NCBI GenBank assembly: GCA_937125285.1
Contig: CAKZLH010000165.1
Location: forward strand, 37,295 to 101,294
Direction: 5' to 3'
Source of the DNA: an uncultured Balneolaceae bacterium
GTDB lineage: Bacteria; Bacteroidota; Rhodothermia; Balneolales; Balneolaceae
DNA: 64,000 bases
This document shows positions 46,276-54,961 of this stretch, in pieces. The translations under genes were made by a program, and so were the position numbers. Position 1 is the stretch's first letter. Each line of letters starts with the position of its first letter. The notes beneath the pieces were generated by a model that searched no databases, was not told where the DNA came from, and saw only the letters and a list, made by a program, of their open reading frames with translations.

Positions 46276-46447
46276 CCGGGGAGCTTCAAAAGCCTCAGAT
46301 CTATGATCCGGGGCTTTTTTCGTTTAGGCCGATCAACGACCGATCGGATCGGTCGTTTGGTTCTGCCGAAGGCATCCCTTTGGGAGAATCCAACCCGGGG
46401 AGCCAGGCCTATCAAAGATGCGAACATTCACAGTGTTCGCATTTTTT
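46276..46447. repeat. right 172-bp direct repeat (attR-like)
   Basis: Identical to 16233-16404; the flank differs immediately outside both ends (aactg|ccgggg versus ccaac|ccgggg; tttttt|ttt versus tttttt|att). Confidence 0.9.
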
Positions 46448-46614
46448 TTTTGAAGTTGAATCATTACGCCTTTCATAGAGTCAATCCTTGAAAAATCGGT
46501 CATAATCATGATCATTTTCAAATAAGCTTCCTCAGACTCATAGCATAAAAGGGGAGTGTTTGCTGGATTATCTCTCCAATGTTGCCTAACACGTTAAAAG
46601 AGTATACTTTATTT

Positions 46615-46628
46615 TGTTATCGTTAACA
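46615..46628. promoter_or_regulatory. LacI/GalR-type operator TGTTATCGTTAACA
   Basis: 14-bp CG-centred near-palindrome 20 nt upstream of the LacI-family gene; its exact reverse complement recurs at 47767-47780. Confidence 0.6.
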
Positions 46629-46647
46629 CTAATCTATACCCATCATT

Positions 46648-47670
46648 TTGAGTTCAAACGTTACATTAAAAGAGATAGCACAAGAATTAGGTTTGTCTAC
46701 TATGACCGTATCGAGGGCTATTAATAATAAGGGTAATGTAGAGAAGGGTACCAGAGATAAAATATTGGCGAAAGCTAAAAGTATGGGCTATACCCCTAAT
46801 TATTTAGCGAAGGGCCTTGTTTCAAAAAAGACTTTCACTATTGGAGTCGTTATTCCGGAAATATCTCATTCTTTCTTTCCTGAGGCGTTAAGAGGAATTG
46901 AGGAGGTAGTCTATGAGGGTGGGTATCAACTGATCCTGACTCATTCTGCTGAACAATTTGAAAGAGAGAAGAAGGCTATAGAAATGCTAAAATCTAAGAG
47001 AGTAGATGGCATAATGATATCCAGTTCTCAGACAAAGAATGATTATAGCTATTACGAATCACTGAAAAACAGTGGCATTCCTTTTATTTTTTTTGATCGA
47101 TGTATCGAAGGTTTGGGTGTAAGCTGTATTAGTGTGAATGATAAAATTGGTTCAAAAAAAATTACACAACATCTAATCGACCACGGCTACAAAAAAATAG
47201 CTCACTTATCAGGCCCTATAAATGTATCGATTGGAAAAAAGCGATTCGAGGGTTTTGAAGAGGCTATGGAAGAAAACGGCTTGGCAATTAATGATAAGTG
47301 GATAGTAGAATCGGGATTTCAGGAAGAAGGTGGTAAGTTAGCTATGGAAAAGATATTAAGTGCTCCAAGAAAGGATTGGCCTGAAGCGATATTTGCCGTA
47401 AATGACCCATCTGCTTTTGGGGCGATAGAGGCTCTGAAAGGACATGGTCTTTCAATCCCTGAAGACATGGCAATTGTTGGCTTTTCAGATGATATAAGAG
47501 CTGAGCTTCTTTCAACACCACTCACGACCGTGAAACAGCCGGCCTACCGGGTAGGGAAAAAGGCAGCTGAAAAGCTCATCAGTATTATAACCAGCGATAC
47601 TGAGCACGCTGAGAATATTGAAGTACTTACCGAATTGAGAATCCGAAATTCCTGCGGAGCTCATAAGTGA
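46648..47670 (+). CDS. LacI-family transcriptional regulator
   Basis: 340 aa (TTG start); HTH VTLKEIAQELGLSTMTVSRAIN plus a periplasmic-binding-protein-like sugar-binding core. Confidence 0.9.
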   Translation: MSSNVTLKEIAQELGLSTMTVSRAINNKGNVEKGTRDKILAKAKSMGYTPNYLAKGLVSKKTFTIGVVIPEISHSFFPEALRGIEEVVYEGGYQLILTHSAEQFEREKKAIEMLKSKRVDGIMISSSQTKNDYSYYESLKNSGIPFIFFDRCIEGLGVSCISVNDKIGSKKITQHLIDHGYKKIAHLSGPINVSIGKKRFEGFEEAMEENGLAINDKWIVESGFQEEGGKLAMEKILSAPRKDWPEAIFAVNDPSAFGAIEALKGHGLSIPEDMAIVGFSDDIRAELLSTPLTTVKQPAYRVGKKAAEKLISIITSDTEHAENIEVLTELRIRNSCGAHK

Positions 47671-47766
47671 TTTTTTTTCTTTTATTTGAGCTAGATTAAG
47701 CAAGATTTTATTTCAGTCTACTTTTTTGTTTGACTATTAATTGAAGAGAGTTATATTGGCTTGAAA

Positions 47767-47780
47767 TGTTAACGATAACA
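47767..47780. promoter_or_regulatory. LacI/GalR-type operator TGTTAACGATAACA upstream of the susC-like gene
   Basis: Exact reverse complement of the 46615-46628 site. Confidence 0.6.
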
Positions 47781-47842
47781 TAGCTTGATCAATTAGGAAA
47801 GCGCTTTTAGTGCTTATTATTTTCTGTGAATGGGCAAATTAG

Positions 47843-47856
47843 AGTTAACGATATCA
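47843..47856. promoter_or_regulatory. second operator-like site AGTTAACGATATCA upstream of the susC-like gene
   Basis: Shares the GTTAACGATA core with 47767-47780 and lies 76 bp downstream of it. Confidence 0.45.
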
Positions 47857-47891
47857 CATAGTGTTTCTCTGAAATAAAATTCGTTAAAAAC

Positions 47892-50800
47892 ATGAGTAAA
47901 GTAATTAGCTATCTATCTTCTATCGTAATAGCTCTACTATTAACTTCTGGATTAAGTGCGCAGGTAACAGTTTCCGGAACAGTTACAGATGCCAGCGATG
48001 GTGAGACCTTGCCGGGTGTTAATGTTATAGTTAAAGGATCTCCTACTGTCGGAACTTCCACTAATGTTGATGGCTATTATGAGCTGAGGGTTCCACAGGT
48101 AGCTGATACGTTAATATTCTCTTACCTGGGATACGAAACTATGGTTGTACCTATCCAGGGAAGACTCACAATTGATGTTGAATTATTAGCCGCGATTCTC
48201 AGCGGTGAGGAAATTGTTAAGGTAGGTTATTCTTCTCAACGACAAAGGGATGTAACCGGCGCTATTTCAACAATAACCTCGGAGGATCTCCAAAGTGTTG
48301 CCCGGACTTCTATTAATCAAATGCTTATTGGTACTGCAGCCGGTCTGAACTTACAAACAAGGTCGGCTCAGCCTGGTGGTGGGGTTAATGTTAATATCAG
48401 AGGTGCTTTATCACCCAACGGTAATAACTCACCACTATACGTAATTGATGGTGTCCCGATAACAAATAACTCATCTTCTGTAGCTGGATTAAATGATAAT
48501 GAACTCGGCTTTTTTGGAGGGGTTGACAGAGATCCGCTTAGTTATCTCAATCCAGGAGATATTGAATCTATAAATGTTTTGAAAGATGCAAGTGCAACGG
48601 CTATTTATGGCTCATCAGCGGCTAATGGAGTAATACTGATCACCACTAAATCAGGAAGGTCGGGCGAGATACAAGTGGATTATAGCGGTAGCCTTAGTAG
48701 TCAGATTGTAACTGATTATTTCCCTATGCTGAACGCCTCACAGTTTATGCAGCAACAGGATCGTTTGGCATATGACAGATACTTATATGATAATAGTCTT
48801 GCTCCATATGGAAATGCAGATGCGAGTTCAGCCCAGCCGTATAACCGTCTATTTACCCAGCAACAAATAGATCAGGCTGGAGTGGGTACCGATTGGTACG
48901 ATCTGATCATAAGAGACGGTCTGATAAATGAACATAATCTGGCAATATCCGGAGGGGATGCAAACACCAAAGTATACTCATCCTTTAATTATCAGGATAA
49001 CAATGCTGTTTTGAGGGGATCGGCCTTAACAAGAATAAGTGGCCGTCTTAATATTGAGCAGATTCTTTCTGATAGAATAAAATTGAATTTAAAGTCGACT
49101 GTAAGTCGCCTTATCGGTAATAACAGCTCAACAGGAGGTAATTCAGGTGGCTCTGAAAAGTTTAATATGATACAGGCTGCTTATGCTTACAGTCCTACAG
49201 TTGATGTATTTCAGCCAGACGGTAGTTATTCGTCAACATTCGATCCCCTGATCATGAGCCCAGCTGCTTTTCTTGCAATTACTGATAATACCGAAACCAC
49301 AAAAATATTTGCGGCCCCTCAGTTAGAGGTTAAAATCAATAAATGGCTAAACTTTAATGCAGTTGGGCAAATAGATTACGAGTCAACAAACAGAAACTTT
49401 TACCTGCCAAGAAGCGCCAATAATGCCCAATTAATGGAAGGTATGGCTCAGAAGAATGATAATACTATAGAGAACTATAGTACGGAAGCCTATTTAACCT
49501 TCTCAAAGCCAGTAATGAATGGTGACTTAAGTATGGTGTTGGGAACGGGTTATTATGAGAGTAGTAGCGAGGGTTTTAGTTTACAAGCAGTGGGCTTTTT
49601 CACTGATGCATTTAGAGACAACAATGTAGGTGTATCCAGTGACTTATTGAGGAATACAGTCAATTCTTATCGTAACGCTCGAACAAAGCTTTCGCAGTTC
49701 TTCAGGGCAAATTACAGTTACAGAGACAAATATATATTTTCAGTTGTTGCCCGAAGGGATGGATCCAGTATTTTTTCTGAAAATAACCGATATGGCATCT
49801 TTCCCGGAGTTTCAGCAGCATGGATTATTTCCGATGAACAGTTCATGAAGCCTCTAAAAAGCCTGAACAATTTGAAGATAAGAGTGGGTTATGGGTTATC
49901 AGGAAATGAAAGTATTCTAAGTGGTAATACCCTCCAGTTGTACAGCCCGGGTTATCCGTTCATAATAGGACAGACACGATTTAACGGAATAGCCTTATCA
50001 CAAGTCGCTAATCCGGATCTGACCTGGGAAACGATAAGTACGCTTAACCTAGGGTTTGACTTCGGGGTAATGAAAAACAGAATAGTTGGTAGCCTCGACC
50101 TATTTCAAAGGACTGCGAATGATCTTCTGGATTTCAATATACTACCTGCAAATAATGCTGTTGGTTTGGTGGCTGATAATGTAGGATCAACACGAAGTGA
50201 AGGAATAGAGTTAGAACTGACCACAGCGAATGTACTGAAGAACGACTTTTCATGGTACACTACCTTTAATGCCTCATACACCAAAAGCTTTTGGTTAAAT
50301 AGAAATCCGGAAGTTGCTTTACCAGCCTTTGTTGGTGAAAATGATGAATTAGGTACTATCTACGGTTGGAAAACAAATGGCATCATACAAAGTGTTGATG
50401 ACATACCCGGACATATGCCTAATGCTAATCTGGGTAACATTGAATATGTCGATATTAATAATGACGGCCTACTGAACAGTGATGATGTAGTAAAACTTGG
50501 TAACAGCACTCCTAGATGGATATTTGGTTTTAATTCCGATTTCAAGTACAAAAACTTTGACTTAAGTGTATTCTTATACGGTAATTTCGGTTTTCAGCTT
50601 TATAACAACTTCGCCCCGAATGTTTTTACTATCTCACAGGCTACAAATCCATCAAACACGACTATTTACGCCAGAGACATCTGGTCTGCAGATAACCGGG
50701 AGGGTACCTTCCCCGGTATAGCACCTAATCCATATGACGGGAACAACCCGGCCAGCAATGATTTCACCCTGGAAAATGGTAATTTTGTCAGACTAAGTAG

Positions 50801-50984
50801 TATAAATCTCGGCTACACACTTCCTTCCTACTTCACAGGGTCGATAAAATCTATACGACTGAATTTCTCGTTACGGGATATTGCAACTTTTACAAACTAC
50901 TCAGGTTTTGACCCGGAATTTTCTGAAGTAAATCCATATCCATTCGCCTATTCGGCTACACTGGGTGTAGATATAAAATTTTAA
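47892..50984 (+). CDS. SusC/RagA-family TonB-dependent outer-membrane transporter
   Basis: 1030 aa; carboxypeptidase-regulatory-like N-domain (VSGTVTDASDGETLPGVNVIVKG), plug motif NVLKDASATAIYGSSAANGVILITTKSG, C-terminal F. Confidence 0.92.
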   Translation: MSKVISYLSSIVIALLLTSGLSAQVTVSGTVTDASDGETLPGVNVIVKGSPTVGTSTNVDGYYELRVPQVADTLIFSYLGYETMVVPIQGRLTIDVELLAAILSGEEIVKVGYSSQRQRDVTGAISTITSEDLQSVARTSINQMLIGTAAGLNLQTRSAQPGGGVNVNIRGALSPNGNNSPLYVIDGVPITNNSSSVAGLNDNELGFFGGVDRDPLSYLNPGDIESINVLKDASATAIYGSSAANGVILITTKSGRSGEIQVDYSGSLSSQIVTDYFPMLNASQFMQQQDRLAYDRYLYDNSLAPYGNADASSAQPYNRLFTQQQIDQAGVGTDWYDLIIRDGLINEHNLAISGGDANTKVYSSFNYQDNNAVLRGSALTRISGRLNIEQILSDRIKLNLKSTVSRLIGNNSSTGGNSGGSEKFNMIQAAYAYSPTVDVFQPDGSYSSTFDPLIMSPAAFLAITDNTETTKIFAAPQLEVKINKWLNFNAVGQIDYESTNRNFYLPRSANNAQLMEGMAQKNDNTIENYSTEAYLTFSKPVMNGDLSMVLGTGYYESSSEGFSLQAVGFFTDAFRDNNVGVSSDLLRNTVNSYRNARTKLSQFFRANYSYRDKYIFSVVARRDGSSIFSENNRYGIFPGVSAAWIISDEQFMKPLKSLNNLKIRVGYGLSGNESILSGNTLQLYSPGYPFIIGQTRFNGIALSQVANPDLTWETISTLNLGFDFGVMKNRIVGSLDLFQRTANDLLDFNILPANNAVGLVADNVGSTRSEGIELELTTANVLKNDFSWYTTFNASYTKSFWLNRNPEVALPAFVGENDELGTIYGWKTNGIIQSVDDIPGHMPNANLGNIEYVDINNDGLLNSDDVVKLGNSTPRWIFGFNSDFKYKNFDLSVFLYGNFGFQLYNNFAPNVFTISQATNPSNTTIYARDIWSADNREGTFPGIAPNPYDGNNPASNDFTLENGNFVRLSSINLGYTLPSYFTGSIKSIRLNFSLRDIATFTNYSGFDPEFSEVNPYPFAYSATLGVDIKF

Positions 50985-51013
50985 TCCATATTAACAGATC
51001 ATTAAGCAGAGTC

Positions 51014-52495
51014 ATGAAAGATATAGCAGACAGAAAATATATTCTTCTTGTGCTTTTACTAAGCATGGTGACAACCACAAACTGTTCCGACATTCTGGAG
51101 CCAAGGGTTTATGGAGATCTAACACCAGAAACTTTTTTTAAATCTGAATCAGATTTCAGAAATGCTGTAGTCGCATTATACAATCCATTTTCTACAGATT
51201 GGGGGACTGTGGATGCAGGTGCCAATACTTGGTACGCTTCATTGTACAATGCGGATCCAAAGACATATCTCATGCGGAGTATGATAACAACGGATGAGAT
51301 GTTTAGTCCATGGGTTCCAGACTTTACTGATTTTAATTTCGGTCCAGCCACCATGGAAGGGTTCATTGCCTCGACGTATGCTAAAATAAGGTATGTAGCC
51401 AGGGCTACTGATGTAATTGATAAGATTGAAACATCAGATGCGGACGTGCCCGAAAGTATCAAGGCGATTTATATCGCAGAGGCTAAAGCACTAAGAGCCT
51501 GGACTATGTATATCATTTATGACTTTTATGGTCCTGTCAATGTAAAGCTTGATCCAGAAACATTGAGTGATACTGAGATCACCCCCAGGTTATCAGATGA
51601 AGATTATATAGCCGCAATGATAAAAGATCTGGAAGAGGCAATACCTGATCTCCGTGACCAGTATAACAATGACCCTTCCAATTGGGGACGTATTTCCAAA
51701 GGCACAGCACGAATGGTTTTGCTAAAAATTTATATGCACAAAAAGCAGTGGGATATGGCGGAGCAAACGGCCAGAGACATCATAGCGATGAACTACTCAC
51801 TAATGGATTACTACCCGGATGTGTTTAACGTAGATAGAAATAATGAGATCATATATGCGGTTCCGGCAAATGAATCATCCCCGAATTTCTATACACAGGA
51901 AATCATACCGACAAACTTCGTCAGAAGTGGATCGTTTACCAGAAGTCCCGGTTGGTATGGTTTTTGGATACCATGGGATTTCTATGACAATTTTGAGTCT
52001 GGTGATGAACGGTTAGACACTATTCTTGATAGTTACCAAAATTCAAGAGGAAATACGGTTAACAGAAATAGTGGTCTTCAGGGTGCTATTCCTTTGAAAT
52101 ATACAGAGGGGGTTTCAGAAGGAGGGCCAGGACACTCTAATGATCAGGTGGTATTTCGATATGCGGAAGTTCTTCTGTCTTTAGCAGAGGCAATTAATGA
52201 ACAAAGAGGCCCTGCAGATGCATATCAGTATGTAAATCAGGTACGTGAGCGGTCAGGATTATCACCTTGGGGCGGTCTCAGTGAAGATCAATTCAGAGAC
52301 TCAATCCTGGTAGAGAGGGGCAGAGAATTATATGCTGAGGGTGTAAGAAGGCAGGACTTGATCAGACACGGGAAATTCATTGAATATGCTCAAGCAAGGG
52401 GAGCAAATGCACAAGCTCACCAAACTCTTTTCCCAATCCCATTAAGTGTGATTATTCAGGGAGAAGGCATAATTGAACAAAATCCAGGCTACTAA
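51014..52495 (+). CDS. SusD/RagB-family nutrient-binding lipoprotein
   Basis: 493 aa; lipobox TTTNCS; C-terminal ERGRELYAEGVRRQDLIRHGKF block; adjacent to susC. Confidence 0.9.
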   Translation: MKDIADRKYILLVLLLSMVTTTNCSDILEPRVYGDLTPETFFKSESDFRNAVVALYNPFSTDWGTVDAGANTWYASLYNADPKTYLMRSMITTDEMFSPWVPDFTDFNFGPATMEGFIASTYAKIRYVARATDVIDKIETSDADVPESIKAIYIAEAKALRAWTMYIIYDFYGPVNVKLDPETLSDTEITPRLSDEDYIAAMIKDLEEAIPDLRDQYNNDPSNWGRISKGTARMVLLKIYMHKKQWDMAEQTARDIIAMNYSLMDYYPDVFNVDRNNEIIYAVPANESSPNFYTQEIIPTNFVRSGSFTRSPGWYGFWIPWDFYDNFESGDERLDTILDSYQNSRGNTVNRNSGLQGAIPLKYTEGVSEGGPGHSNDQVVFRYAEVLLSLAEAINEQRGPADAYQYVNQVRERSGLSPWGGLSEDQFRDSILVERGRELYAEGVRRQDLIRHGKFIEYAQARGANAQAHQTLFPIPLSVIIQGEGIIEQNPGY

Positions 52496-52557
52496 ATGCC
52501 ACAGCTTCCTATAAAAATTTCTAAATATAAACCTGAACCCCATAAATGGAATAAATC

Positions 52558-53592
52558 ATGAAAAGATTGCCACTATTTATAATTATAACCCTAATACTGT
52601 CTGCAGGATCTTATCTAAAGGCGCAGGACGTCATTGCTGAAGATAATGCAGGTAACTACACTGTTGAACAAATCGAATCACTTGAAAATTTAGGTAATGG
52701 ATTTGGACAATGGATGAAGACTGTAAACGGCGACGACGCAAGCGTGACAGTAAAAGATGCCACAGGTGTTGGAAGCAATGGAAGTGTCATCAATACCTCC
52801 GGCAAAGCGTTTGTATTGATCGCATCAGACTCAGATCAATCCGGAAATCAAGTCTCCCTGGGAAGAGAGTTTTCTGCTGCCCTTAACAACGGTGATACTC
52901 TGACGTTTCAACTATCCTGGAATTGGGCTGACGGCCTTAAAGGTTTTACGCTCTATGACGGCGGTTGGGACTCCGCAAGCACATCTATTAATATAGATTT
53001 TGATAAATCAGGCTATTACGTAAATGGCGACTCTGTTGAAGCGCATGCAAGTCAGGATGATTGGGATACATGGAGACCAGAGGGAGTAGCTCTTTCCATT
53101 GTAATTGTTCAAAATGAACAGAATATCGATTACAAGGTTACAGCGATCACTGAAGAATCACATGTTGATTTCAGTGGAACTGTAGAAGATGCTTCAGCGG
53201 ATCGCATCATGTTCTACAACTACTATCAGGCAGATTGGAACACGGATGATAGGGGAAGTATGTTTCTAAATAATCTCAAAATTACAGCTAGTGGAACTAC
53301 GACCAACAACGAAGAAGAAAATGTTGCACAAGCTTTTGAGTTGTCTCAAAATTTCCCAAACCCATTTAACCCAGCTACAAATATCTCATATACACTTGAT
53401 AGACAAACAAACGTCCGTCTTTCAGTATACAATATGCTAGGTCAGGAAATACAGGTACTTGATCAGGGTTTTAGAGCACCCGGTAATTACTCTGTTAACT
53501 TTAATGCTTCTGGTCTCAATTCCGGTATGTACATATATCAACTGCAAACAAGCTATGGTAACATTACGAGAAGGATGATGCTTATTAAGTAA
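52558..53592 (+). CDS. secreted surface protein with a T9SS C-terminal sorting domain
   Basis: 344 aa; signal peptide; C-terminal LSQNFPNPFNPATNISYTL...GMYIYQLQT is the Por secretion tail pattern. Confidence 0.75.
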   Translation: MKRLPLFIIITLILSAGSYLKAQDVIAEDNAGNYTVEQIESLENLGNGFGQWMKTVNGDDASVTVKDATGVGSNGSVINTSGKAFVLIASDSDQSGNQVSLGREFSAALNNGDTLTFQLSWNWADGLKGFTLYDGGWDSASTSINIDFDKSGYYVNGDSVEAHASQDDWDTWRPEGVALSIVIVQNEQNIDYKVTAITEESHVDFSGTVEDASADRIMFYNYYQADWNTDDRGSMFLNNLKITASGTTTNNEEENVAQAFELSQNFPNPFNPATNISYTLDRQTNVRLSVYNMLGQEIQVLDQGFRAPGNYSVNFNASGLNSGMYIYQLQTSYGNITRRMMLIK

Positions 53593-53659
53593 GCTAATTT
53601 TAAGGTATGAGATGGTTGTAGTCATCTCATACCATTTATTTCATTTACCTAAAATTATC

Positions 53660-54841
53660 ATGAGATCATTAAACAATTTTGCCCTTTTCAAACTCATAAT
53701 CACTATTACAGTGTTGATTTTAGGATGTCATAATCAATCTGTATCCGTCGACGATGAAGTTTCCAATGATGTTAATCCTGAATTCATCATGGGGGTTGAC
53801 TTGTCTTATGTAAATCAAATACTAGATTTTAATGGTGAATATAAAATTGATGGCCAGGTTGAGGATCCATATGAAATTTTTGCAAAAAAGGGAGCAACAA
53901 CAGCAAGGTTTCGTCTATTTCATAACCCTAGCTGGTTTAAGGATATTTATGGGGAGGAGACTCAGTTATATAATGATTTGGAGGACGTAAAACTTGGAAT
54001 AGAACGGTCTCAAGAAGCTGGAATGTCCGTTCTACTGAATTTTCACTATTCAGATATATGGGCTGATCCTGGTAAACAAGAAGTTCCTTCGGCATGGGAG
54101 GGAAAAGAATTTAGAGCCGTTGTAGACTCTATTTACCAGTACACTTTCAATTCTCTTCAATATCTAAGCCAAAATAATGCCTTACCTGAGATGGTTCAAA
54201 TAGGAAATGAAAACAACTGTGGCTTAGTCCATCCTTATGGAGATGTTTGTGGCAATTCCAACTGGAGCCAACTTGGAGAGCTGATTAATAGTGGAATAAA
54301 AGCCGTTCGGGATATTGAAAATTTGACTGGAAAGGAGATAAAGATAATTCTACATGTTGCTCAACCCGAAAATGTAACAGATTGGTTTAATAGCCTCATA
54401 CAAGATGGCGAGGTTACAGATTTTGATGTTGTTGGTTACTCGTACTACACCAAATGGTCAGAGATTCCTTTATCAAGAATAGCGGCTTTTACTGAGAACT
54501 TCAGGCTCGTCTATAAAAGAGAAGTAATGATCCTGGAAACAGCATACTCATGGACTACAGACAATGCAGATTCATATGGCAATATATTTGATGATCAAAG
54601 TTTGATCAACGGATATCCGGCAACAAATGAAGGACAGAGACAATTTATGATCGATTTGGTCTCACAAGTCAAAAAGGGTGGTGGACAGGGAGTGTTTTAT
54701 TGGGAACCTGCATGGATCACCTCCGATATGAAAGATCTTTGGGGAACGGGTTCGTCCTGGGAAAACAATGCCCTTTTTGACTTTGAGGGTAATGCAAATA
54801 TTGGCTTTGAATACATGTCTCATGATTATGATAACATGTAA
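53660..54841 (+). CDS. GH53 arabinogalactan endo-beta-1,4-galactanase (lipoprotein)
   Basis: GVDLSYVNQ, FHYSDIWADPGKQEVPSAW, MVQIGNENN, ILETAY; the ATG at 53660 gives the lipobox LILGC (the track starts at 53612). Confidence 0.85.
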   Translation: MRSLNNFALFKLIITITVLILGCHNQSVSVDDEVSNDVNPEFIMGVDLSYVNQILDFNGEYKIDGQVEDPYEIFAKKGATTARFRLFHNPSWFKDIYGEETQLYNDLEDVKLGIERSQEAGMSVLLNFHYSDIWADPGKQEVPSAWEGKEFRAVVDSIYQYTFNSLQYLSQNNALPEMVQIGNENNCGLVHPYGDVCGNSNWSQLGELINSGIKAVRDIENLTGKEIKIILHVAQPENVTDWFNSLIQDGEVTDFDVVGYSYYTKWSEIPLSRIAAFTENFRLVYKREVMILETAYSWTTDNADSYGNIFDDQSLINGYPATNEGQRQFMIDLVSQVKKGGGQGVFYWEPAWITSDMKDLWGTGSSWENNALFDFEGNANIGFEYMSHDYDNM

Positions 54842-54961
54842 GAAGCACTTTATGATCAGTGATGCAGTATTCGGTGAATATCAGGAGTAGTCTACAAAAA
54901 TCAGACTCGATTTTTATCTGCAAATCAAAAGCATCAACAAACTACTAGCAGTAATTAGTAT

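Larger units (their letters stand above)
16233..46447. mobile_element. integrated element of about 30 kb at tRNA-Asn (serine recombinase, defence cargo, replication/recombination module)
   Basis: Bounded by perfect 172-bp direct repeats (16233-16404 and 46276-46447); recombinase gene at the left end; housekeeping/PUL genes on both sides. Confidence 0.85.
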
